A stretch of DNA of 64,000 bases from Eledone cirrhosa (Eukaryota): contig OZ024740.1 in NCBI GenBank assembly GCA_964016885.1, positions 38,316,001 to 38,380,000 on the forward strand. Reading direction: 5' to 3'. The position numbers and the translations under genes are program-made. The notes beneath the pieces are model-generated. The model worked only from the letters and a program-made list of their open reading frames with translations. It did no database searches and was not told the origin of the DNA. This document shows, piece after piece, positions 27,674 to 39,230 of the stretch; the first letter of the stretch is position 1, and every line of letters starts with the position of its first letter.

Positions 27674-27919
27674 TTAAAGATTAACCTTGGTATTTCTTGT
27701 CAGTGTATTAAAGCTATGAAATGTTGAACTTACCATGCCGACCATCCCTCCAATATCTGGTAAGTAGAGGTTAGCTGTAAGAATGGCAAGAGCATTAGCA
27801 GGGCGGCGATTATTTTCTTCTTGAATTACATATTCAGAACATTGTTCATTTTGGAGTTCTTCATCAGAAAGAAGACCAGGGCCCCAATCAGGTGGTGTTT
27901 CTGTAAGATTTTTGAAATG
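27674..27919 (-). CDS. SLC6-family transporter, C-terminal tail exon
   Basis: Acceptor tttttttctag|CAT. Open phase-0 frame HFKNLTETPPDWGPGLLSDEELQNEQ...GGMVGM; PxDWGP is the conserved post-TM12 motif of GlyT-like SLC6 proteins. It either splices at ATG|gtaagt (27734) or reads through VSSTFHSFNTLTRNTKVNL to TAA (27674). Confidence 0.8.
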   Translation of the reverse strand, partial: HFKNLTETPPDWGPGLLSDEELQNEQCSEYVIQEENNRRPANALAILTANLYLPDIGGMVGMVSSTFHSFNTLTRNTKVNL

Positions 27920-28263
27920 CTAGAAAAAAAGCAATAAAAAAAAGTTAATTAGCTATATATAGATGTAAATAAAAAGAAGAGAAAAATTACCAAAGCAAAA
28001 TAAATAAAATAAAATATATCAATATGAATTTAAATTTAAATTTTATTTTACTTGATATAATAAAATGTAGTCTTGTCAGGGTGAAATGATAGCAGCACTA
28101 CTCAGAAGTGTAAAGTGCTGGTGTTGAAATCTTACCTTAATGTGACATATGATATTCTTTCTAGTTTGATAAAACACATACGAAGGAAATTACTCAAGTG
28201 AGGACACATACGTTCTGTTTGACTTCATATGAATTGAATATTTGACATAGAAATTTCATATCT

Positions 28264-28458
28264 AATAATTATTTCTACTTTTGGCACAAGGTCAGCAATT
28301 ACCCAGCACATTACTAGTATTTTATTTTATTGACCCTGTAAGGATGAAAGGCAAAGTTAGCCTCGGCGGGATTTGAACTCAGACCGTAAAGGGCCGTAAC
28401 TCTTTGCTGCAAAGCATGACGTCCGAGCTTCTACTGATACTGCCAATCTACCGCCCTT
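28264..28458 (-). mobile_element. SINE family A, full length
   Basis: Matches consensus; flanked by duplicated tttcatatctaataatt. Confidence 0.88.
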
Positions 28459-28539
28459 TCATATCTAATAATTGTTTCTACTTTTGGCACCTAATAATGA
28501 ATACTATTAATTATAGCTAAGATAAGAATCTGCCCTGAG

Positions 28540-30555
28540 CTGATGTCTAAATTAGACTAGTGTCAAGTTAAGATAGTAATCTACATTGGACTAATGTCTA
28601 CATTAGACTAGTGTCAAGTTAAGATAGTAATCTACATTGGACTAATGTCTACATTAGACTAGTGTCAAGTTAAGATAGTAATCTACATTGGACTAATGTC
28701 TACATTAGACTAGTGTCAAGTTAAGATAGTAATCTACATTGGACTAATGTCTACATTAGACTAGTGTCAAGTTAAGATAGTAATCTACATTGGACTAATG
28801 TCTACATTAGACTAGTGTCAAGTTAAGATAGTAATCTACATTGGACTAATGTCTACATTAGACTAGTGTCTAGCTAAGATAGTAATCTACATTGGACTAA
28901 TGTCTACATTAGACTAGTGTCAAGTTAAGATAGTAATCTACATTGGACTAATGTCTACATTAGACTAGTGTCTAGCTAAGATAGGAATCTACACTAAACT
29001 AATGTCTACATTAGACTAGTGTCTAGCTAAGATAGGAATCTACACTAAACTAATGTCTACATTAGACTAGTGTCTAGCTAAGATAGGAATCTACACTAAA
29101 CTAATGTCTACATTAGACTAGTGTCTAGCTAAGATAGGAATCTACACTAAACTAATGTCTACATTAGACTAGTGTCTAGCTAAGATAGGAATCTACACTA
29201 AACTAATGTCTACATTAGACTAGTGTCAAGCTAAGATAGGAATCTACACTAAACTAATGTCTACATTAGACTAGTGTCAAGCTAAGATAGGAATCTACAC
29301 TAAACTAATGTCTACATTAGACTAGTGTCTAGCTAAGATAGGAATCTACACTAAACTAATGTCTACATTAGACTAGTGTCTAGCTAAGATAGGAATCTAC
29401 ACTAAACTAATGTCTACATTAGACTAGTGTCAAGCTAAGATAGGAATCTACACTAAACTAATGTCTACATTAGACTAGTGTCTAGCTAAGATAGGAATCT
29501 ACACTAAACTAATGTCTACATTAGACTAGTGTCTAGCTAAGATAGGAATCTACACTAAACTAATGTCTACATTAGACTAGTGTCTAGCTAAGATAGGAAT
29601 CTACACTAAACTAATGTCTACATTAGACTAGTGTCTAGCTAAGATAGGAATCTACACTAAACTAATGTCTACATTAGACTAGTGTCTAGCTAAGATAGGA
29701 ATCTACACTAAACTAATGCCTACATTAGACTAGTGTCTAGCTAAGATAGGAATCTACACTAAACTAATGTCTACATTAGACTAGTGTCTAGCTAAGATAG
29801 GAATCTACACTAAACTAATGTCTACATTAGACTAGTGTCAAGCTAAGATAGGAATCTACACTAAACTAATGTCTACATTAGACTAGTGTCTAGCTAAGAT
29901 AGGAATCTACACTAAACTAATGTCTACATTAGACTAGTGTCTAGCTAAGATAGGAATCTACACTAAACTAATGTCTACATTAGACTAGTGTCTAGCTAAG
30001 ATAGGAATCTACACTAAACTAATGTCTACATTAGACTAGTGTCTAGCTAAGATAGGAATCTACACTAAACTAATGTCTACATTAGACTAGTGTCTAGTTA
30101 AGATAGGAATCTACACTAAACTAATGTCTACATTAGACTAGTGTCTAGTTAAGATAGGAATCTACACTAAACTAATGTCTACATTAGACTAGTGTCTAGT
30201 TAAGATAGGAATCTACACTAAACTAATGTCTACATTAGACTAGTGTCTAGCTAAGATAGGAATCTACACTAAACTAATGTCTACATTAGACTAGTGTCTA
30301 GCTAAGATAGGAATCTACACTAAACTAATGTCTACATTAGACTAGTGTCTAGTTAAGATAGGAATCTACACTAAACTAATGTCTACATTAGACTAGTGTC
30401 TAGTTAAGATAGGAATCTACACTAAACTAATGTCTACATTAGACTAGTGTCTAGCTAAGATAGGAATCTACACTAAACTAATGTCTACATTAGACTAGTG
30501 TCTAGCTAAGATAGGAATCTGTACTGGACTGACGTCTACATTAGTTAGTGTCTAC
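28540..30555. repeat. 51-bp tandem satellite (~39 copies)
   Basis: Unit ctaatgtctacattagactagtgtctagctaagataggaatctacactaaa. The first ~8 units are a distinct variant. Confidence 0.98.
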
Positions 30556-30633
30556 AGAAAATCAGTGTTTTAATTTTACAGAAGTTGACATAAATTCTCT
30601 CTCTCTCTCTACACACACACACCCACACATATA

Positions 30634-31274
30634 TCTATATATATAAAAGCAAGTCGGTCTGTGTATGTGTCAGTCTGTGTCTGTCTATCTGTGTACAAAT
30701 ACTAGGCTCCTTTTAACTGTTGAAGCACTAGGCCGATTTCAACCAAATTTGGCACACATGTTGCTTATATGCTAGAGCAGGTTTTGGACAAAAACAAATT
30801 TGAAAAAAAATCGATATTGGGGCCGAAAAATCGATTTTGTGTGTGTATCTGTCTGTGTACAAATACTAGGCTCCTTTTAACTTTTGAAGTACTAGGCCGA
30901 TTTGCTTCAAGGAATGATATTTCTATGTCCAGTGGATGGTCAACGTGGTAGTGGCAGCGCCATCTTACGCATAGGGTTTAGTCTACTGAAGGACATACGG
31001 TGCGTCTATTCCATCTTTATCCCCTTACTCATACCTACTACAGCAAGGTAGCTTGAGTTAATTGACCTGAAATCATTCACGTCAATTAACTCAAGCTACC
31101 CCATGAATTGTTTTTATGTTGCCGTTTATTTCACTCAATCATGTCACTGTACACCCATTTTGTTAAACTTTTTTTTACACTTACATTTCAATTCTTTGCT
31201 TAACCTTTGGCTCTCTTTATACGGACAAACAGGCTGTCATTCATTTCCCGAGCAACGCCGGGTACATCTGCTAG
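30634..31274 (+). mobile_element. Non-autonomous Helitron
   Basis: A|TCTATATATATAAAAG start; 3' hairpin cccgagcaacgccggg then CTAG|T. Confidence 0.82.
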
Positions 31275-31451
31275 TATATATATATATATATATCCATAGT
31301 TAATATAAAAATTACTTCTATGGGACTATAACTGTTTCATTCCTGATGATTTCATTGAATGAAACAGTTCTAGTCCTGTATAAACCGTTTCTATATTAAA
31401 TATTGAAGCTTGGGATCTACCTATATTTATATATATATATATATATATATT

Positions 31452-31965
31452 TCTTCATCCTCAATATTCTCGTGTAGTGCCCACTTACCATCTGAGTGAG
31501 ATTCTTGGTCAGTGTCCACGTCTCAGACCTGTACAGTACCACAGACTCCACTGTAGTAACAAAGAGACGGATCTTCAGGTCTTTACGAGGGTCAGACTTC
31601 TATACTGATCTCAAACTGTGGCACACCGCCCAGGTTTTGCTCTTCCTCTCAACCACATCATCCTCTGTGTTCCCAATCTTTGCTCCCAGATACAACCAAC
31701 TCTAGCGACTTCCTGCCTACATTCATAATCTTCTCTGGCTTCTTAATGTTCTCTACCAAAGCTATATGAAAGCCTCCCAAAAGTCAGCTCGAAAGTAACA
31801 CAGAAGATACTGAGGTGAGCTGGACATGCTCACCATCATTCAGATGGTGAGCCCCTACATGTATTCACTAGAAGAGGGAGACCGAGGTTGACATATATTG
31901 ATGCCCTAAGGACAGAAACCGCTGGAGAGAACTTGTTCATGGATCTCAGGAATTTTACCCGCCCT
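31452..31965. mobile_element. RTE-clade LINE fragment with inverted 5' part
   Basis: Minus 31452-31735 encodes YLGAKIG...LFVTTVESVVLYRSETWTLT...YTRILRM. Plus 31736-31965 continues LLNV...LPKVSSKV...AGH...RRGRPRLTYIDAL. Confidence 0.75.
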
Positions 31966-32031
31966 AGATAGATTTATATATATACATATATATATATATA
32001 CATATACATATATATATATATAGATAGATAG

Positions 32032-32228
32032 TAATAATAATTGTTTCTACTTTTGGCACAATGCCAGCAATTACCCAGTGCATTACTGGTACTTTATTTT
32101 ATCGACCCCGTAAAGATGAAAGGCAAAGTTAACCTCAGCGGGATTTGAACTCAGACCATAAAGGGCCGTAAGTCTTTGCTGCAAAGCATGGCGTCCGACC
32201 CTCTACCGATACTGCCAATCCACTGCCA
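32032..32228 (-). mobile_element. SINE family A, full length
   Basis: Matches consensus; flanking duplication atagatagtaataataat. Confidence 0.9.
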
Positions 32229-32382
32229 TAGATAGTAATAATAATATTCATCATGCAGAAACAACATCTGAATATTTCTACAAAGAACATACCCGTACCA
32301 AGCAGGAAGAAATACCTAAAACTCATCGTCTTCCTGTCTTCCTTCAGTTGCAACATTTTTCAAAATATTTACTTCTGCGTTC

Positions 32383-32459
32383 ACAGATTGATTTTTTTTA
32401 GTTTCAGAAGATCCCGCTAAGGGTGAAAGCAGCGATTCTTTGCTTAAACTTTAATCAGT
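32383..32459 (+). ncRNA. Type I hammerhead-like ribozyme, CAGAAGA core variant (copy 3, most intact)
   Basis: agttt-CAGAAGA-t-ccc-gctaa-ggg-t-GAA-agca-gcgattctt-tgct-T-aaact, plus distal stem gattga/ttaatc around a U8 bulge. Confidence 0.62.
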
Positions 32460-33166
32460 TATTTTAATAAATTAATATATATATATATATATATCATCAT
32501 CATCATCATCATCATTTTATGTCTGCTTTTCCCTGCTTGCAAATATATATATATATATTACTGGCATGTATTCCTAAGAAGCAAGGTAAACATTCCTTTC
32601 ACTATAACATTTATTTCCTTCCAATAAATAACCATTACTTATGTATTTAGGATAAATTAAACCTGTATCCATATTGTAAAAGGAATAATAAGTGTTGCAA
32701 TTGAAAAAACAAAGAAAGTAACACACAAACAAGAAACAGTGGCAGTGATGCAGTGTAACACAGTGTAATACTATGTGACAAAATATTAGTGTGTTACACA
32801 GCGTGATACAGAGATACAATGTGACGCAGTAACACCATGTGATATAATGTTACAGTGGTGAGAGACTGGGAATTTCTGAAGATCTTGTTATTCTCAAAAA
32901 CATGACAAGTTGTAGTTATTTTCTACAGGTCTTGGATACTGAAGATGAATCTTCAACTTAATGTTATTACATAACTTCTGTCATACAAAATAATATTGTT
33001 ATGCACACACACATATATATATGTCTCTGAAGACAATAACTCTTTACTAGAGTGGGCCATGGTGCCTAAAACATGACTTGTGTGTAAATCATGATCCACA
33101 AGATTTCGCCAGGTGGAACTATTAAATTAGACTGGCTAAAACCTATCAAAATTATATGTATGTATG

Positions 33167-33202
<36 letters not shown>

Positions 33203-33205
<3 letters not shown>

Positions 33206-33540
33206 GACCGTGACCTCTGGCATCACGCAGTAATACAGAAGACCCACTTTCCTACGGGTACAAGCCGAAGCTGAAGCATATAGACAATATGCCCCACCCC
33301 CTCCCACTGCAAAGTGGTCGTGGAGGTGCCACAGCAAAAAAGCACCCAGCCCACACTGTAAAGTGGTCTTGTAGGCGCCACAGAAAAAAAGCACCCACCA
33401 CTCATGTAAATGAGGTTGGTGTTAGGAAGGGCGTCCAGCTGTAGAAATCAAGCCCAAATCAGTTCCTGTATGAGCAATAGGACAACCTGTCTAACCCATG
33501 CTAGCATGGAAGAATGGACGTGTGATGATGATGATGATAT
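33203..33540 (+). mobile_element. RTE LINE 3' UTR fragment
   Basis: Homologous to 36470-36990; ends catgctagcatggaagaatggacg + (gat)n. Confidence 0.75.
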
Positions 33541-34289
33541 ATATATACATGTGTGTATATGTGTGTGCAGGGGGTGGGGGGAGGTATGCATGCAAAAGGT
33601 AAACAGAAACAACAAGGCAAACAATACAATACAATGATGAAATATATTAGTTAATGCTTGATATAATTGGAAAAGAGTTTTAAGGTTTTGGACATTAGTC
33701 CTTCATCAGAAGATAGAATAAGAAATAAAAGAAGACATAAAAAGATAAAGAGTTAAAAGAGAAAGAAACCGAAAAAAAAAAAATTATATAAAAAGCATGG
33801 GCATGTTCAGTCAACCATTTTGGGGTTAAGAAAAAAATATGTGTGTGCACACATCCATATATACATACATTCTTACACCACATTCTCCTGTCTTTTATTT
33901 GTATTACAACACATACCTTGGAAAATACTGTTTGTGTTGAGCTACGATGTTGAGGATGCTTCAGAAAATAATTTTCCTTGAAGACTTTCGACTTATGCCT
34001 GGGAAGACTAACAAAAATATCTCTGCTATACATATTTCAAAGAAAAATGTCACCTCTTGTAGTGCACTACATAAAATTTCTGTTGTTTCTACTTCTATAA
34101 GTAATTACTGAATAAACAAAGAAGATTGTCAGGCTATAAACTCCTCAATAAAATACTAAGCGTTAGCTATGGAAAATAACACTAGTTTTTAGTATAAATA
34201 TAATTCATTCTATGATATTATATGGTTAATTTTATAACTAGCTCGACATTCCACAAATGTATAATGATGACAGGACTTGTCATTGCAGT

Positions 34290-34630
34290 CACCAATTATA
34301 GTCAAAGCTTGGACTTGAGTGAAACTTTGTACAAATTTCATAAATGCATTTCATAGCAGGATCAATTAAATATTTAGTGTGAATGACCGAAGAGAAGACC
34401 CTAGTTCAGCAAGTTTGTTCACCACAGCATGAGATTGGGTAATGACAGCTGACCTATAAAAGTAGCAGAACATTCCATCATGTATAACTGAATCCATGTT
34501 GAAACCAGACATTATCTTGGTTTCTGAGGTGACAAGACAGCTCACTCTATTGGAGCTAACTGATACCTAGGAAGAGAGAATGGATGGATGAGATACAGGA
34601 AAGGAAGAGGACAAAATATCAGGAGTTTGG
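34290..34630 (+). mobile_element. HERO-like non-LTR retrotransposon remnant (restriction-like endonuclease)
   Basis: Stop-interrupted translation DWVMTADL...IPSCITESMLKPDIILVSEVTRQLTLLELTDT*EERM...ERKRTKYQE fits the RPD...ELTVPWEE...K..KY pattern. Confidence 0.75.
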
Positions 34631-35550
34631 AATAATAGAACCAGGAGCAGTTTCAAAAAGATTAAAAAATCTATACTAGGATCAAATATATAAGGAGCAA
34701 CTTATATTTTTTTTTTTGGAACTGATATTTATTTTGATGCTTATTTGAAGTTCATGTCTGTGGCGAGTAAATAACACAAAGAAGGACATTTAGACAATTA
34801 TATATATATATATATATTGGGTAAATGAATTAGATGTTGTTTGTGTTGTCTGAATTGGTCAGTAGTTCATTGTGGGGTGGCAGGAATTTTGTAGCAGTAA
34901 ATATTGACTTGATGGGTGAATGTGTAAGTTGATCTGTCCCATATAAAGAGCTGAGTGTATGTCTCAGTGAGTCGAGATATATGTTTTCCATAGCCAGTAT
35001 TAAATGAATAAAAATAGCCGCTATTTAAATAATTTTATTAATTAATAACTTGCTTCAAAGTTATTGTGAGAATAAAGATATTCACAGTAAAATTATGTAA
35101 GTGTTTGTATGATAGTTTGGCATGGATGTTTGTAGTAAATGTGTAAAAATGTTTGCCTAATTAACCATTGTTGATAAACCTCACTGGCCTAAGGGGCGAG
35201 ACTACAATGAGTCGGAGTGAATCTATGGACATCTATGTTGTTTTGCTCACTGGAACAAACTGAACTGTACTGGCTGGTTTGGCAGCTGAGGGAGAATAGC
35301 ATCATCTCCTGACAATCTGCAGATGGCCTCTAGTTAACCACTCCTCTAGACAATCTTGTGACACTCGGTTGCAAAAATGAACTAAATATTTATGAGGCCA
35401 AAAGGTCAGCATGTGTAGGTGCAATGACCTACCTAGCAAACATGGGAACAAAAGTTCGGGTCTGATTGCATTTGCATATCTATCTGTTAGGTAATTCCGA
35501 AGGAAAAGCAAAGGAAAAAAGAGTGCTCTATGTATAGAACAGAGCCATTT

Positions 35551-35680
35551 AATTAGAAAGTGAACAACACAAAATATAACTACTACGGCTGGTAATGACC
35601 AGACATATATTATTATCGTCTGTGACCCAGAAACCTTTGCGAATGGAGTAGTTATATTTTGTGTTGTTCACTTTCTAATT
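35551..35680. repeat. Perfect 34-bp inverted repeat with ~62-bp spacer
   Basis: aattagaaagtgaacaacacaaaatataactact / agtagttatattttgtgttgttcactttctaatt. Confidence 0.9.
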
Positions 35681-35701
35681 ATATATATATATATAGTATA
35701 T

Positions 35702-35964
35702 TTAAAATTTCATACACTTAACATGCATGCGGGACCTTAGCTTTTTGGGTCCAGTTCAGGCCACCACTGTATGGGGGAGGAGCCACTTCAACACTGATCT
35801 CTCATTGGGCACGAGGACAAAATTACAAAAGATTTTTTCATAATTTTGTCCTGGTGCCTGATGAGAGATTAATGTTGAAGCAGCTCCTCCACGATACAGT
35901 GGTGGCCTGGGCTGGACCTTGAAATCTAAGGTTGTACATACATGTTAAGTGTATAAAATTTTAA
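35702..35964. repeat. ~260-bp imperfect fold-back element
   Basis: The arms pair along their length (ttaaaatttcatacacttaacatg...ggacaaaatta / taattttgtcc...catgttaagtgtataaaattttaa). Confidence 0.85.
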
Positions 35965-36046
35965 CTATTCTAAATAAGTTCTCTTGCAATAGATTGAACA
36001 TAGTTTTCCTTGACCTTTTAAATACAGATCTCCTGCATACATTCAT

Positions 36047-36081
<35 letters not shown>

Positions 36082-36082
<1 letters not shown>

Positions 36083-36990
36083 TGCATCGTATTGAGATCT
36101 GGGTGTTGTGTGCAGAGGACTTACGAAGATTGGAAAGAAATGAAGCTTACATGCTTCAATGGATGTGTAATAGTGAACAACAAAGCATAAACAAACTGGG
36201 AGAGAAACTAGGCATAAGAGGGATCATATGTAGTGTGGAAGAGAGAAGATTGTGTTGGTATGGACATGCAAGCGTGGAATATGGACGTTAAACGATGATG
36301 ATGATGATGATGATGATGATGTGATGCATATGAAGTATGACATCAGATAAAAAGATACAGAGCACTCAAAGTTGATGGAAGCTATAGAGTAGGAAGACCC
36401 AGGAAAATTTGGGATGAGGTGATAAAAGCTGACCTTGCCCAATTGCACCTCTCAAAGGTGATGACACATGACCAGGACCTTTGGCGTTATGCAATAATAC
36501 AGAAGACCTGCCTTCCTATGAGCACAAGCTGAAGCATACTTATAGTATTCATCTCAACCCACCTCCCATGAGCACAGACTAAAGCATACATTTGGTATGC
36601 ACCAACTTCACCTTCATCCCCCCTTCGACACATCTCCCACGTCCTAACACTCTTCCCCCCTCAAACACACCCATATACCCATCTTCCTAATCCCCACACA
36701 TCATTCCCACCAAAGCACCCAGCCTACTCTGTAAAGTGGTCATGTAGGTATCACAACAAAAAGCACTCAGTACTTACTGCAAATGTGGTTGGCATTAGGA
36801 AGGGCATCCAGCCATAGAAACCAAGCCAAAATTGGTTCTGCATGAGCAAGACATGGTCATTTGACCTCAACATGCCTCGAACCCACAATCAGTTCTGCGT
36901 AAGCGAAACATGGTCCTTCGACGTGGATCTCATACAACAGATCAGCCCATCCTACTCATGCTAGCATGGAAAATGGACGTTAAATGATGA
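36082..36990 (+). mobile_element. RTE-clade LINE 3' end
   Basis: EDLRRLERNEAYMLQWMCN...EERRLCWYGH, then GRPRK.WDEVIKADL; 3' UTR ends atggaaaatggacgttaaatgatgat. A short tail fragment is inserted at ~36268-36320. Confidence 0.85.
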
Positions 36991-37199
36991 TATATATATT
37001 AGCTATGGATGAATTCCTGATGAGTATTGTGAGGAGACCACAATTAAAATGATACTCAATGTGTTAGTAGAGTATAGGCATCTTTATTTTATATAGAAAT
37101 GACTTCTACAGGATTAGAACTGTTTCATTCATATGAAATCAGGACTTTCCTGTCATACGAATGAAACAGTTCTAGTCCTGTGGAAGTTGTTTCTATAAT

Positions 37200-37430
37200 A
37201 ATAATAATTGTTTATACTTTAAGCACAAGGCCAGCAATTTTTTTTAAGGGGATTGGAAAGTCGATTAAATCGATCCCAGTACATTACTGGTACTTTATTT
37301 TATCGCCCTCATAAGGATGAAAGGCAAAGTTAACCTCAGCGGGATTTGAACTCAGACCATAAAAGGCCGTAACTCTTTGCTGCAAAGCATGGCAGCCAAC
37401 CCTCTACCGATACTGCCAATGCAACGCCCT
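37200..37430 (-). mobile_element. SINE family A (long form)
   Basis: Matches consensus, including gtcgattaaatcga. Confidence 0.88.
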
Positions 37431-37434
37431 AATA

Positions 37435-37645
37435 AGAATAATAATGAAATTATTGTGTACAGTGCTCAGGTGCACTACAACTCATCAAAGGTGCATGTAT
37501 AGTACATAGAATAATCTACAAATGCCAGGAAAGCGAACAGTGTATGAGTCATGATATACATGTGTGCGTGTGTATGGAGGGGGGATATCAGGTGTAGTGT
37601 TAGTGAATTTCAGGAAGCATGGAGGTTTTAAAGGATGCAGTGAAA
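37435..37645 (-). mobile_element. CR1-like LINE 3' end fragment
   Basis: Near-identical to 39870-40080 and 47350-47560. Confidence 0.8.
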
Positions 37646-37658
37646 ATAAAGATACATA

Positions 37659-38824
37659 TCTATCTAAACTATAATAAAGGAAGGTCTTCGGGACTGCGTA
37701 CGGTTTATTTCTTTTAATCCAGTTAGTAAAATAAGTTGGATTACTTTGAATAAATAATTGTTTCTACTTTTGGCACAAGGCCAGCAATTACCCAGTACAT
37801 TACTGGTACTTTATTTTATCGACCCCGTAAGGATGAAAGGCAAAGTTAACCTCGGCGGGATTTGAACTCAGAATAAATATTTGAACTTTGAATAAATAAT
37901 TGTTTCTACTTTTGGCACAAGGCCAGCAATTATTCCAGTGCATTACTGGTACTTTATTTTATCGACCCCGTAAGGATGAAAGGCAAAGTTAACCTCGGCG
38001 GGATTTGAACTCAGATCATAAAGGGAGGTAACTCTATGCTTCAAAGCATGGCGTCCGACCCTTACCGATACTGCCAATCCACCTGAATATTACATAATTT
38101 ATGTACTAAATTTCGTAAAACAAATAATTTCGTAAAAATAATTTAAAATTGATATCTTTTCATAGTTGCACTTCCGGTATATCGTCGCCACCACTACTTC
38201 AACTACCATATATATAGAAAGAGAGAGTGTGTGGTGAGAGAGATAGAGAGATTATGATTTTCTGCACTCTGATGCGTATGAGTATATAACTATTATGAGT
38301 ATATCTAAACTACAATAAAGTAAGAAGTGCGGGACTGTGTACGGTTTATAATTTTGTTACCCCCTTAGTAAAATAAGTTGGATTACTTTGAATAAATAAT
38401 CAATGAATATTACATAATTTATCTACTAAATTTTGTGGCTGTTCATTAAATATATTTTATTACTTATTTAAAGATTCACTTCTTTAAAATTTTCAAATGT
38501 CAACACTTCCGGTTAGCGATTGTTTAAATAAATATTCATATATTTCTGTCACTAATTTTCTCCTAATGCAGTTTATATATAATATTGTCTTTTTTTAATG
38601 TATCATGGATTCATCATCATCATCACCGTTTTACGTCCGTTCTTCCATGCTAGCATGGGTATGTTACTGATTACAGAAGACAGTGTAACACTGTCTTCGT
38701 TCAATTTCTGTGTATATTGTCAATTACGATTTTATTTGATGTATCATATCTACTTGCGTATAATATCAATATGCACACTACACATGCTAGCAGAAACCCA
38801 CCCGAAGGGTGGTTTTTCTGCTAG
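37659..38824 (+). mobile_element. Non-autonomous Helitron containing two SINE A insertions (37752-37873, 37895-38083)
   Basis: A|TCTATCTAAACTATAATAAAG start (repeated at ~38303); 3' hairpin ccacccgaagggtgg then CTAG|T. Confidence 0.65.
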
Positions 38825-39199
38825 TAATAATAACAATTATAAAGAGCATCATAATGTTTATTCACAACCCTGATTCTATGGATATGTGGTTAGAATATCT
38901 AAGGAAAGAATTGCTGATCAGATATTATGGGCAAAACTAACTGGCAGGAAAGCCAGGAGTAGGCCCTAAGCAAGATGGTTGGAAGAAGAACAATGGTAAT
39001 TTTATATATATATATACACACACACATACATACATACACATGCACACACATATATACACACACATACATATGCACACATATGAACATATATACATGCATA
39101 CATACACACACACATATATATATGCACATTGTGTAATATATTATCATCATCAGTATATAAATATATGTATGTGTGTGTATATGTATATATGTGTGTGTG

Positions 39200-39230
<31 letters not shown>

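Noticed and set aside
1-30555. Common origin of the 73-bp and 51-bp satellites
   Set aside because: Only 6-7-bp words are shared (tacatta, ctagct, tacacta), as expected by chance in AT-rich DNA.
33025-33080. ctgaaga...aaaac hammerhead candidate (similar weak ones at ~35620, ~35857, ~45828)
   Set aside because: GAAA or the core is altered and stems I and III cannot be formed.
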